DNA from: an uncultured Solirubrobacterales bacterium
GTDB taxonomy: Bacteria > Actinomycetota > Thermoleophilia > Solirubrobacterales > Solirubrobacteraceae
DNA length: 64,000 bases
NCBI GenBank assembly: GCA_963746645.1
Contig: CAVVBQ010000005.1
Coordinates: 1,864,279-1,928,278, forward strand
Direction of reading: 5' to 3'
In this document: positions 46,424-56,036 of the stretch, piece after piece
Numbering within the stretch: position 1 is the stretch's first letter
How the letters are laid out: every line of letters starts with the position of its first letter
The notes under the pieces: generated by a model
Database searches by the model: none
What the model saw: the letters and a program-made list of their open reading frames with translations, nothing else
What the model was told of the DNA's origin: nothing
Program-made: the position numbers and the translations under genes

Positions 46424-47305
46424 ATGACCGACGCGGTGCGCACCCCGGAGGAGTTGCTCGAAGGTCTCCCCGACTTCCCGTTCAAGGCGCACTATCGCGA
46501 GCACGATGGTTTGCGACTCGCGCATATCGACGAGGGCGACGGTGCCCCGGTGTTCTTTATGCACGGCGAGCCAACTTGGTCGTTCCTGTGGCGCAAGGTG
46601 ATCGCGCCCGTACGCGATGCGGGCTTCAGGTGCATCGCCCCGGACCTACCCGGCTTCGGTCGCTCAGACAAGCCGATCGAGCTCGACTGGTACTCCTATG
46701 ACCGTCATGTGGAGGCGATCGCACCACTGCTTGAGCAGCTGGATGTGCGCGGCGCCACGATGGTTGTGCACGACTGGGGTGGGCCGATCGGCTTGCGCCT
46801 TGCGATCGAGCACCGTGAGCGCTTCGAGCGGCTCGTGATCCTCGATACGGGCTTGTTCACCGGCCACCAGAAGATGACCGACGCATGGACGGCCTTCAGG
46901 GACTTCGTCGAGCGCACCGAGGACTTGCCCGTCGGCTTCCTGGTGCGAGGCGCTTGCAAGAACGACCCGGGTGAGGACGTGATCGCAGCCTATGAAGCGC
47001 CTTATCCGAGCGTGGCCTCGAAGGCCGGGGCGCGGGCCTTTCCGCTAATGATCCCGCGTGAGCCCGATGCGCCTGGCGCCGAGGCTGGGCAGCGCGTACT
47101 CACCGCACTAAAGGACGACAAGCGCCCAACCTTGATGCTGTGGGCGGATTCCGACCCGGTGCTGCCGCTATCCACAGGGGAACGCTTCGCCGAGGCCATC
47201 GGCCGCGAGACGCCGCGCGTGATCGAGAACGCTTCGCACTTCATGCAGGAGGACGCGGGCCCGGAGATCGGGCGCCAGATCGCCGAGTGGCTGACTGCCG
47301 GCTGA
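46424..47305 (+). CDS. haloalkane dehalogenase-family hydrolase
   Basis: HGEPTWSFLWR, HDWGG (Asp nucleophile + halide-binding Trp), HFMQED. Confidence 0.85.
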   Translation: MTDAVRTPEELLEGLPDFPFKAHYREHDGLRLAHIDEGDGAPVFFMHGEPTWSFLWRKVIAPVRDAGFRCIAPDLPGFGRSDKPIELDWYSYDRHVEAIAPLLEQLDVRGATMVVHDWGGPIGLRLAIEHRERFERLVILDTGLFTGHQKMTDAWTAFRDFVERTEDLPVGFLVRGACKNDPGEDVIAAYEAPYPSVASKAGARAFPLMIPREPDAPGAEAGQRVLTALKDDKRPTLMLWADSDPVLPLSTGERFAEAIGRETPRVIENASHFMQEDAGPEIGRQIAEWLTAG

Positions 47306-47367
47306 CACCCCCCATTCGTCCTGCCCTACGCGCGCGCGTAGGGCAGGACTTTCCGAACCGTCTCCGC

Positions 47368-48264
47368 TCAACTGTTCCCGTCCGTGAGCTGGGGCGTCGG
47401 CGGCGCCGCCTCCAAGCCCGGCTCGGAGTGGGAAGCGCGCAGCTCGTAGCCACGACGTACGCTCGCGTCGGCGCCCGCCAGCACCTGGTCGGCCTTCATC
47501 GCCCGTGCCATTCCCTCGGACAGCCTGCGCGGCAAGAGCGTGCCTAGCGTGTTGGTGCGCTTGGCGGACTTCGGTACCCACACATCGACGATGCCATGCT
47601 GCAAAGCATCGACGATCGCATCGGCAACGTCAGTGGGCTGCAGGCTCTTCAGACCGCGCGCCTCGCCGAGACCAGAACCCAGTTCAGTGTTGACAACGAA
47701 GGGCATTACGTAGCTGACGTCGATGTTGGCTTTCATCAGGTTCAGCTCCCCGCGGACCGCCTCGGTGAGACCGACGACGGCGTGCTTAGTGGCCGAATAG
47801 GTGGCGCCACCGGGCGCACCGAACTTGCCAGCCTGAGAGGAAATGTTCACGATGTGGCCGCGGTCGCGCGGGACCATCCGCTCCAAGGCGAGCTTCGTGC
47901 CGAGGATGACACCGTGCAGGTTAATGTCAATCATGCGTCGTGCGGTCAGGTCGTCCTCGTCGATGAAGCGCCCGATCTGCATGATCCCGGCGTTGTTGAC
48001 GAGCACGTCGATCGGCCCGAGTTGCTCCTCAGCACGATCGAGGAAAGCCGAGAACGAGTCGCGCTCGGTCACGTCGAGCGGCAAGGCCACAGTGCTTGCG
48101 CCGAGCTCTGAGGCGGTCTGCTGCGCGGCGGCGAGGTCGACGTCGCCGATCGCGACCTTCATTCCTTGGCGCAGCAAGGCTTGGGCCGTGGCCTTGCCGA
48201 TTCCGCGCGCCGCGCCGGTGATCGCCGCGGTCTGTCCGGCAAGGATTCGTGGCTGCTTGGCCAT
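47368..48264 (-). CDS. short-chain dehydrogenase/reductase
   Basis: TGAARGIG, NNAG, YSATK. Confidence 0.9.
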   Translation of the reverse strand: MAKQPRILAGQTAAITGAARGIGKATAQALLRQGMKVAIGDVDLAAAQQTASELGASTVALPLDVTERDSFSAFLDRAEEQLGPIDVLVNNAGIMQIGRFIDEDDLTARRMIDINLHGVILGTKLALERMVPRDRGHIVNISSQAGKFGAPGGATYSATKHAVVGLTEAVRGELNLMKANIDVSYVMPFVVNTELGSGLGEARGLKSLQPTDVADAIVDALQHGIVDVWVPKSAKRTNTLGTLLPRRLSEGMARAMKADQVLAGADASVRRGYELRASHSEPGLEAAPPTPQLTDGNS

Positions 48265-48650
48265 GCTGTCTCCTCCTGAAAATTTGGTTGCCTAGCCAAA
48301 GCTAGCGCTCCTTGCCCTGCCGCGCATAGCGGCGCGCATAGGCTCCAGAGAAGGGGCGAGTTCACCGCATCTTCTCTGGCCTCGCGGGGTTTATACGTGC
48401 AGGTCATCCCATCAGGCCTACGGATGGCCCCGGAGAGGGGACCGGACCCGGGTGATCCACGGCTTCGCCCGGGTCCGTGTATTGGAGGATGGGCGTAGCC
48501 CGCCCGGGGGAAGGCGGGCCCGCCCGCCTTCGTTGCAAAGCGCATTTAGGGAGGTCGGGCGGCCCGGGGGGACCGCCCGACATGCGCAGCGCAGAGCTTG
48601 ACCTCGAGCTATGACAGGCTGGCGGCGACTAGGCCCGATACGCTTGTGGG

Positions 48651-49541
48651 GTGGCGTCGTTTCTGTTTCACGATCAGCGCATCGCCTACACCGAGTACGG
48701 CGCGGGCCTGGCGGCCCTAACCAGTAGCGGAACACGTGGCAAGACCACCCGTCGCACTGCCGCTGAAAAGCGCCCGGTGATCTTGGTGCATGGTCTGTTG
48801 CTCTCACAGAAGATGCACCGCCCGCTTGCCGAAGATCTCGCAGCAAAGGGCAACCGGGTGATCACGGTGGACCTGCTTGGCCACGGCGAATCGGACCGCC
48901 CTCGCGACATGTGGCGCTACTCGATGTACTCCTTCGGTGAGCAGCTAGTGGCATTGATGGACCATCTTGAGATCTCCGAGGCGGCGATCATGGGCACTTC
49001 GCTCGGTGCCAATGCGGCGCTGCAGGTCGCGGCGACCGCGCCGGAGCGCTTGCGCGGGATGATCGTGGAGATGCCAGTACTCGACAACGGCCTGCTTGCT
49101 TCCGCACTGGCGTTCACGCCAATCCTTGTCGGGCTCACGTTCGGTGAGCCCATAATGAAGCGTGTGGCAAGCATCGCCAAGGCGGTGCCGCGACGGCTAT
49201 TGCCCTACTACGGCAATGTGCTACTCGACTTGGTGCGCCAGGACCCGGGGCCAGGCGGAGCGCTACTGCAAGGCCTGTTCTTTGGACGAATCGCCCCGCA
49301 TCGCTCGGAACGACGCGAATTCAAGACACCAACGCTGGTGCTCGGTCATCGGCGCGACCCGGTCCACCCCTTCTCAGATGCGGGCATGTTGGCCGAAGAG
49401 CTTCCTAATGCACGCTTGATCGAAGCCGACTCGCTTGTCGAGCTGCGCTTGCGACCAGAGCGACTCACGGAGGAGATCGCAGGGTTCCTCGACGAGCTGT
49501 GGGCTGCAAAGCCGCGCCGCCGAGCCAAGAAGCCAGCCTGA
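48651..49541 (+). CDS. alpha/beta fold hydrolase
   Basis: LVHGLLL, DLLGHG, GTSLGA. Confidence 0.85.
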   Translation: MASFLFHDQRIAYTEYGAGLAALTSSGTRGKTTRRTAAEKRPVILVHGLLLSQKMHRPLAEDLAAKGNRVITVDLLGHGESDRPRDMWRYSMYSFGEQLVALMDHLEISEAAIMGTSLGANAALQVAATAPERLRGMIVEMPVLDNGLLASALAFTPILVGLTFGEPIMKRVASIAKAVPRRLLPYYGNVLLDLVRQDPGPGGALLQGLFFGRIAPHRSERREFKTPTLVLGHRRDPVHPFSDAGMLAEELPNARLIEADSLVELRLRPERLTEEIAGFLDELWAAKPRRRAKKPA

Positions 49542-49591
49542 CGAGGGCGCGGCACCTTCAAGAGCGCCAGAGGGCGCGGAACACCGCGCTA

Positions 49592-50707
49592 CTACTTCGG
49601 CGGGAACAGTTCGAATTCGTTTATCGCGACCGTGCCGGGGTTGGCGGCGGTCGAGGAGATGGGCGCCTTGGCGAGCCAGAGCACGATGTAGCGGTAGCCC
49701 TTGCCCTTCGTTTTCAAGGCCAAGGTGGTGTTTTTCTTCTTTAGGACTTTCAGTCCTACGATCCGATTCCAGGCGGGATCGGAGATCGAGGCGGGCAAGG
49801 TTTTGCCGACCGCCCCATACACTTCTACAGTGATGCCGGGGGTGGTTGTCTTGACGACCACACTGCCTAGCTTTTCGGGGCTCTTGAGGTCGAGCACCAG
49901 GCCCTCGGCCATCTTCGGTGCAACGGTGGGCTGCACCTGAGCCGTCCAAGCTGTGCCGGCTTCGCCGTCGATCGCGAGACTGGGATCGCCGAACAGGTTG
50001 GCTGGATAGGCGTAGGGGTTGTAGACGCTGGCGGCATCGGTGTCCAAGAGGATCGGACTGGGCGCTTCGGCACCCGTTTCGGAGTCTTCCGAGCCGGTGC
50101 TTTCTTTCGGGCTCGTCGTCGATTCGCTGCTCGTTTTGGTGGGCGTTGTCGTTGTGCTCGGCGTTTTGGTCGTTTTCGTTTCGGGCGGGAACAAGGAGTT
50201 GTTGGCTTCCGTGTTGGCGCCACCGCTGGGTGTGGGCGTGGGCGTTTGTGAGGGGATCGGGGGCGTGGCTTTGACGGTGGTGGGCGTGCCGGGCGTGGGC
50301 GTCGTGCCAGGCGTGGCAGTCGGCGTGGTGGGTGTTGTCCCCGGCGTGGGCACAGAAGAGGTGGTCGTGCCCAAGCCAGTCACGGCAACTACGGCGACCT
50401 TCGGCTTGGGCTTGGTCTTGTTGAGCGCTGCGTACGCGGCGACCGAGGCACCGATCACGAGCAAGGCGGTCGTGGCAAGGATCGCGATCCCGGTGCGCCA
50501 ACCTGGGCCACCGCTGAGGCTGCCGGGCACGCCGGTACCACACTGAAGGCACCAATCTTGGCCATCCTGTAGAGGCAGCCCACATTTCGCGCACGCCCGC
50601 GTCGCAGCTGGGGCCCCTGAAGGAGACCCGTTCGGGCCAGTGTCACTAGACCCCTGTGCTCCGTTGGATGCGACGTCAGACGTCGGCTTGGTGAGTTGAT
50701 CACTCAC
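49592..50707 (-). CDS. single-pass membrane protein: zinc ribbon, TM, Pro/Thr-rich stalk, C-terminal discoidin-like domain
   Basis: CAKC...CLQC, hydrophobic helix, PTTPTATPGTTPT tract, AIDGEAGTAW. Confidence 0.65.
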   Translation of the reverse strand: MSDQLTKPTSDVASNGAQGSSDTGPNGSPSGAPAATRACAKCGLPLQDGQDWCLQCGTGVPGSLSGGPGWRTGIAILATTALLVIGASVAAYAALNKTKPKPKVAVVAVTGLGTTTSSVPTPGTTPTTPTATPGTTPTPGTPTTVKATPPIPSQTPTPTPSGGANTEANNSLFPPETKTTKTPSTTTTPTKTSSESTTSPKESTGSEDSETGAEAPSPILLDTDAASVYNPYAYPANLFGDPSLAIDGEAGTAWTAQVQPTVAPKMAEGLVLDLKSPEKLGSVVVKTTTPGITVEVYGAVGKTLPASISDPAWNRIVGLKVLKKKNTTLALKTKGKGYRYIVLWLAKAPISSTAANPGTVAINEFELFPPK

Positions 50708-51723
50708 AGCTGACCATTCTTACACCTCGGCGGGGGACAACCCCCCGCCAGGATGTCATTGCCCGTGGGGCTCAGCTTGGAATCCAGTTCGAGCTGCCAG
50801 TAGTAGCGCGTGAAGGTAACGTCGCGGCGGTACTCGCCGATGTGCGGGGCGAGGTGCTCTCCCGCGGCCATGCGCACGATCAACTCGGGGTAGGTGCGGC
50901 CGGGAAGCGCGGCGAGAGCCGGCGCGGCGAAAGCGCCGCCGAAGCGGGTGTTGACGTCGGTGATGCGGATGCCCAAGGAGGGGTCGCGGAACACCTGGAT
51001 CGTGGCGGGCCCGCGCACGCCCAAGGCCTCCATCACCGTGTGCCCCAAGTCAACCAAGTCGGGGGCCTCGATGACTGTGCCCTTGATCGACTCTCCCCCA
51101 CGCGACTCGAGCATGGTCCGAGGAATCGCGTTTAGGCAGCGTCCGCTTGAATCTCCGAGGCAGTCGATCGACAGCTCGGGGCCGTCCATCGCACGCTGCA
51201 CCATGGTGGGCTCGTCCACGTAATCGACGAAGAAGCGTGCCTGCGAGGGATCGTGGGCCAGGTGGATCGAGCGTGCTCCCGATCCCTGGCGCGGCTTGAC
51301 CATCACCGGGTAGTCGAGTGCGTCGAGGTCGGCATCGGGGAGCGCTGTGGGAGGTGAAGGCAGGCCGAGACGCTCGAGCAAGAGGTGGGCCTCGTACTTG
51401 TCATACGTTGCGCGAGCTACCTCCGCGGAGGGCACAAGCGCCGGAAGGACCTCGCTTTCCCGGGCCCGGGCGAGCGTCTCGATGTCGAGATCGGTGAGCG
51501 GCAGGACCGCACCCACCCCGTGGAGCTCGCACAGGCGTACAAGCTCCGGTACATACTCAGGATCGTCGATCGGCGGGGCACTCGCACGCACTTGGGCCGC
51601 GTACTGGGCGGGGGCGAGCGGGTTGGGATCTACTGCCACAACCGTCGTGAGCGCGGCGAAGCAGGACACGATGTCATAACGCTTGCCTACCCCCGTGAGC
51701 ATGATGGCGGGAGTCACTCCCAT
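50704..51723 (-). CDS. ATP-grasp enzyme (carbamoyl-phosphate-synthase-like, EPS-linked)
   Basis: YDKYEAH, VMVKPRQGSGA, ELSID, DVNTRFGG. Confidence 0.85.
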   Translation of the reverse strand: MGVTPAIMLTGVGKRYDIVSCFAALTTVVAVDPNPLAPAQYAAQVRASAPPIDDPEYVPELVRLCELHGVGAVLPLTDLDIETLARARESEVLPALVPSAEVARATYDKYEAHLLLERLGLPSPPTALPDADLDALDYPVMVKPRQGSGARSIHLAHDPSQARFFVDYVDEPTMVQRAMDGPELSIDCLGDSSGRCLNAIPRTMLESRGGESIKGTVIEAPDLVDLGHTVMEALGVRGPATIQVFRDPSLGIRITDVNTRFGGAFAAPALAALPGRTYPELIVRMAAGEHLAPHIGEYRRDVTFTRYYWQLELDSKLSPTGNDILAGGCPPPRCKNGQL

Positions 51724-52298
51724 CCTCCCGTTTGGCCCTTGTAGAGGCCCTCGCCACCGAAGACGATCGTCAAGGTGCGCGCCAGGATACGCAGGTCGAA
51801 GGCGAGGGAGCGATGCTCGATGTAGTAGAGGTCAAGCTCGATGCGCTCGCTCCAGGGCAAGGAGGCGCGTCCATTGACTTGGGCCCAGCCGGTGATGCCA
51901 GGTCTGATCACAAGCCGCCCGCGCTGGCGCTCTGTGTACTGAGCCACTTGCACGGGGATTGTGGGGCGGGGCCCGATGAAGGACATATCTCCGCGCACCA
52001 CATTTACGAGGTTGGGCAGCTCGTCGAAGGAGGTCCTGCGCAGAAAGGTTCCCACGCGTGTGACCCGCGAGTCGTTCTCGTTGATGGCAAGACCCGCGCC
52101 GATGTGCTCGGCACCGTCCACCATGGTGCGCAGCTTGAGCAAGTCAAACGGCCTGCCGTCCTTGCCCACTCGGCGCTGCCTATAGATCGGGTGTCCACGC
52201 GACTCTGCGCGAATCGCGATCATCGCACAAACCATCACGGGCGCCGCCAGGACCAACACGATGCATCCGCCAACGACGTCAATCGCGCGTCTGATCAT
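51714..52298 (-). CDS. priming sugar (phospho)transferase, bacterial sugar transferase family
   Basis: KLRTM, RRTSFDELPNLVNV, MSFIGPRP, PGITGWAQVNGR. Confidence 0.95.
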   Translation of the reverse strand: MIRRAIDVVGGCIVLVLAAPVMVCAMIAIRAESRGHPIYRQRRVGKDGRPFDLLKLRTMVDGAEHIGAGLAINENDSRVTRVGTFLRRTSFDELPNLVNVVRGDMSFIGPRPTIPVQVAQYTERQRGRLVIRPGITGWAQVNGRASLPWSERIELDLYYIEHRSLAFDLRILARTLTIVFGGEGLYKGQTGGWE

Positions 52299-53515
52299 CG
52301 GGTGCCCTCGGCGGCATCCCAGGAGGCGGCGGTGCCGTGACGCAACCAGTCCCACAGGCCGGCAGCCGGAGATGCCGTGGTGAGCACGTAATAGCGGGCG
52401 ATCAAGAAGAGTCGCGTGCGAAGCGATCCCGCGAGCGCAGCAGCCAAGAGTAGGCCGAGCTGCAAGACCAAGGTCAACAGGTAGAGGGAGCCAGCGCCGG
52501 CAGCTACCAAAGCGACGTTGGCGACCAAGGCCAAAGTGTGCAGAAACGGGGTCAAGTAGCGAAGCAGGCGGTGGGAGAAGATCATCGAGGCATAGGAGGG
52601 TGAGTAGCCGCGTGGAGAGAGCATTCCACCACGTAGGACGATCGGCCACGTGTGGCTCATCATGCGCCGCTTGCGCTTCCACTCTCCCTCGATCGAGGGG
52701 ACCATCTTCTCTGAGGCGAGGGCGCTTGATACCTCGATGGCGCGCCAGCCACGCTTGACCATGTTGAAGGGGAATGAGAGGTCGTGGCCCATGATTGGGT
52801 CGACCACGATGTAGGAGGAGCGCCGTGTGGCATAGATCGCGCCATTGCCGGCCGTGATCGAGCACAGACGTGACTCGCGCGCGCGCAAGGCCATCTCATA
52901 ACGCCAGTACATGCCCTCCTGATTGGTTGCTTGAACGCCGGGAGCAGAGCTCCTCAGAAAGCGCACACGTCCACAGGCGTAGCCGACGTGTGGATCGGTG
53001 AAAGCGCCCACGAGCTCACGCAAGGCGCCGGGCTCCCACAAGGCGTTGGCGTCGGAGAAGGCCACGATATCCCCGCGCGCCTGCTCGACAGCGGTGTCCT
53101 GAGCGACGATCTTGCCGCCGCGAGGCAACTCGAGTACGACGTCAGCGCCTGCGACGCGCGCGCGGAGTGCAGTCGCGTCAGAGCACCCGTCGCAGACCAC
53201 GATCAACTCGAAGAGCTCGCGCGGATAGTCGAGCTGCAAGGCATTCTCGATCTTCGCCTCGATCACTTCCTGCTCGTCATGAGCCGCCACGATCAAAGAG
53301 ACAAAATGCGCCCCCTGCTCGTGCGTGGCCACGATCGCCGGCGCTGCCTCGGTACTGCAATTTTTAGGGATCGCTGTTCGTGCGTACTGGTCCGAGCGGG
53401 CCCTTGGCGCTGGCGCGAGGACGCGTGCGAGCAGGCCAATGGCAAGCGCGTACCCGATCTGGGTCCACAAGATCAGAGCGATGCAAGCCCAGAACACGAC
53501 TTCGAGCGCGGTCAT
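52295..53515 (-). CDS. family-2 glycosyltransferase
   Basis: IVAAHDE, DGCSD, FSDAN, GHDL, RKRRM; N- and C-terminal TMs. Confidence 0.9.
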   Translation of the reverse strand: MTALEVVFWACIALILWTQIGYALAIGLLARVLAPAPRARSDQYARTAIPKNCSTEAAPAIVATHEQGAHFVSLIVAAHDEQEVIEAKIENALQLDYPRELFELIVVCDGCSDATALRARVAGADVVLELPRGGKIVAQDTAVEQARGDIVAFSDANALWEPGALRELVGAFTDPHVGYACGRVRFLRSSAPGVQATNQEGMYWRYEMALRARESRLCSITAGNGAIYATRRSSYIVVDPIMGHDLSFPFNMVKRGWRAIEVSSALASEKMVPSIEGEWKRKRRMMSHTWPIVLRGGMLSPRGYSPSYASMIFSHRLLRYLTPFLHTLALVANVALVAAGAGSLYLLTLVLQLGLLLAAALAGSLRTRLFLIARYYVLTTASPAAGLWDWLRHGTAASWDAAEGTR

Positions 53516-53563
53516 CCCGATAACTCTATGTTCGACTTGGGACGGCGATTGAAAATTGGGAGC

Positions 53564-54712
53564 TCAAAGGGAGCGGTAGAGCGCAAGCGTCTGGAGCGCA
53601 ATCTGCTCCCAGGAATAACGTCCATCGGCCGCCGCCCTGGCCTTCGCACGCATCTCGGACAGAGCGGTCGTGTCCGCCAGCAGCTCTCTGAGCGCCCGAG
53701 CAAGAGCGCGCGCGTCGCCCGCCGGGACCACACGCGCGGCACCTGTACTCGCCATCTCGGGAAAGCCGCCCACATCGCTAAGCAAGAGTGGCTTGCCAAA
53801 CGCCAAAGCGGTAAACAAGACACCAGACTGGTCGGCCTGCAGGTAGGGCAACACCACGAGGTCCGCGCGTTCGAAGTAAGCAGGCAGCTCGTCATCGCCG
53901 ATGAAGCGTGGGTCGAAGCGTACCTTCGCGGGCGCACTGGCCTTCAGAGCTGAAATATCCATCTTGGGCATGCCCGCGATCCATAGCTCGGCGTCCTCGA
54001 TCGGTGCCTCCCCATGGGCGCTGCCGTGCCAAGCATCGAGCAGCACATCAATCCCCTTATAGGGACGCATCAGACCGAACATGAGCACGACGGGTTTATT
54101 GCGTTGAGCTGCAGGGGCCGCAGGCACCCCCTCACGCGCGGGCGCACGCACACGTGGGGCACCAGCCAAGTGGGCGAACACGCCGTGGGGAATCACGTGC
54201 ACACGATCGCCGTCGGCGCCGAGCTCCTCGACCAGGCGTGCACGACCCTGCTCTGAGTGCACGACGATCGCATCGAAGCGGTCGTACAAGCGTCGCTGAG
54301 CCGCTAGCTGGCCGGGGCGCGGCTCGCGCGGGAGCACGTCGTGCGCGGTGAGCACGAGCGGACGGCGACGCTCGGTTCTTTTCGCGGGCGGCAGTAGGTA
54401 TCCGTCCAGATGCTGGACAGCCAGCCACTGGAAGTGAACGACGTCCGCGCTGCGTGCCGCACGGTGGTAGCGCAGCATGTCGGGTACGTGTTGCGCCAGC
54501 TTGCTCGCCAGGCGTACCCGCCCGGAGGGAGCGCCGAAAGCGGCGCGGTAGAAGAACTCGTGGCGCACATACCCGTTGGGCCTAGCAACTGGTCCATAGG
54601 CAAAGTGGCTGGTGAACAGCTCCACGTCGACGCCAGCGCTCGCCAGCGCATTGCACAGCGCATGGTCGTAGGGTGGCGTATAAGCGGAGGGGTCGATGAC
54701 GTGAACGCGCAC
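53564..54712 (-). CDS. family-4 glycosyltransferase
   Basis: FGLMRPYKG, VLPYLQADQSGVLFTALAFGKP; start set at GTG of VRVHVIDP. Confidence 0.9.
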   Translation of the reverse strand: MRVHVIDPSAYTPPYDHALCNALASAGVDVELFTSHFAYGPVARPNGYVRHEFFYRAAFGAPSGRVRLASKLAQHVPDMLRYHRAARSADVVHFQWLAVQHLDGYLLPPAKRTERRRPLVLTAHDVLPREPRPGQLAAQRRLYDRFDAIVVHSEQGRARLVEELGADGDRVHVIPHGVFAHLAGAPRVRAPAREGVPAAPAAQRNKPVVLMFGLMRPYKGIDVLLDAWHGSAHGEAPIEDAELWIAGMPKMDISALKASAPAKVRFDPRFIGDDELPAYFERADLVVLPYLQADQSGVLFTALAFGKPLLLSDVGGFPEMASTGAARVVPAGDARALARALRELLADTTALSEMRAKARAAADGRYSWEQIALQTLALYRSL

Positions 54713-54748
54713 CAGGGGAAGACAATACGGCGAGCGGTACATAGGCGG

Positions 54749-55912
54749 GTGACGCTTGCCGTGACGTTCGTGCTCGCGGCGCTCAGCTACTGGCTCACGG
54801 TGTTTCCTCGAGTGTGCCTTCACATAGCGCGCTGGCAGCGACAGGCAAAGCGTATTCCCGACCCCGTGCTACGCGGATTAGCGCTCGCCGCGCTGTCGGA
54901 AAAGCGTGGCAACATCGAGGGCGCAGCCGCGTTCGCTGCGTTCGCACCCTGGGCGAGCCGGGGTGCTGCCACTAAGGCAACCGGTGCCTTCCAGGCCGCT
55001 TATAACCTGCTCGACATGCTCGGCGAGCAGCCGAGTGCTGACCCTGTGCTCGATGGAGAGCGCCTGCACAATGCACTGCTGTTTGCCTTGGGCTGGCCTG
55101 CTCGCACACCGCCTGCCGACGGCGTAGATCCAGGCGTGCAGACACTCGACTGGTACGAGCACCATCCTCAAAGCAATGACGGCGGCTACCTGGACAGGCT
55201 TTTGGAGGAGTGCCGCGGCGCATTCGCGAGTCTGCCTAACTACGCCGTCGCTGCGCCTGCGGCACGGGCGGCAGCGGAGCGAATCGTCGCCTTTCAGAGC
55301 CTTAACCTGAGCGAGTCTCAAGGTGACCATGCGGGGCTCGAGCAGTGGGCACACAACGCCACCCCACCAGGCGCCGGACTGCAGTGGTGGGAGACCGCCG
55401 CCGCCGCTGGCTCCTCACTTGGGGTACACGCACTGATCGCGGCGGCGGCCGACGTAGAGCTTGAGGTGTGTGACGCGAAGCTGCTCGAACAAGCCTATTT
55501 TCCGTGGATCGGCGGACTGCACTCGCTGCTTGACAACTTGATCGACAAACATGAGGACGAGGCCGCGGGCCACCGCAGCCTCGTCGAGTACTACGGCCCT
55601 GAGCGTGCAGCCGAGCGAATGCGTTGGATGGCCGAGCAGGCGACCTTTCTGGCCGAAGATCTCCCCCACAGTCGACGCCATACGGTGGTGCTCGCAGGCA
55701 TGATCGGCAACTACCTATCTACCCCAGAAGCGCACACTGAGGAGCTGGCTCCGGTTAGCCAAGCAGTACTGGCAACCACGGGAGGTCTCGCCCGACCAAC
55801 GATGTTGGTATTCGAGCTACGACACCTGCCCGACCGCCTGCACAAAACTGTCGCTCACGGAGAACGATGCGTAGAGCATCCCGCAGCGCCCGACCTGGAC
55901 AGTTTCAGATAG
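54749..55912 (+). CDS. DUF2600 / tetraprenyl-beta-curcumene synthase (YtpB)-like terpene synthase family
   Basis: IPDPVLRGLAL, WWETAAAAGSSLG, YFPWIGGLHSLLDNLIDKHED resemble YtpB blocks; start uncertain (54701 or 54749). Confidence 0.8.
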   Translation: MTLAVTFVLAALSYWLTVFPRVCLHIARWQRQAKRIPDPVLRGLALAALSEKRGNIEGAAAFAAFAPWASRGAATKATGAFQAAYNLLDMLGEQPSADPVLDGERLHNALLFALGWPARTPPADGVDPGVQTLDWYEHHPQSNDGGYLDRLLEECRGAFASLPNYAVAAPAARAAAERIVAFQSLNLSESQGDHAGLEQWAHNATPPGAGLQWWETAAAAGSSLGVHALIAAAADVELEVCDAKLLEQAYFPWIGGLHSLLDNLIDKHEDEAAGHRSLVEYYGPERAAERMRWMAEQATFLAEDLPHSRRHTVVLAGMIGNYLSTPEAHTEELAPVSQAVLATTGGLARPTMLVFELRHLPDRLHKTVAHGERCVEHPAAPDLDSFR

Positions 55913-55940
55913 GGTTTCTGCACAGGTCAAGTAAGAGGGT

Positions 55941-56014
55941 GGTCGGTAGCTGAGTACAGTCGCCGGCCGATCCTAAGCAGGAGGGGGGTCGGTAGCATGG
56001 TCAGCTGCCGGCCG
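55941..56014 (+). repeat. imperfect tandem direct repeat (46-bp period) upstream of ABC operon 2
   Basis: GGTCGGTAGC at 55941 and 55987, each followed 10-11 nt later by GCCGGCCG (55962, 56007). Confidence 0.7.
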
Positions 56015-56036
56015 GTTACAAGGGAGAGGGACACGC

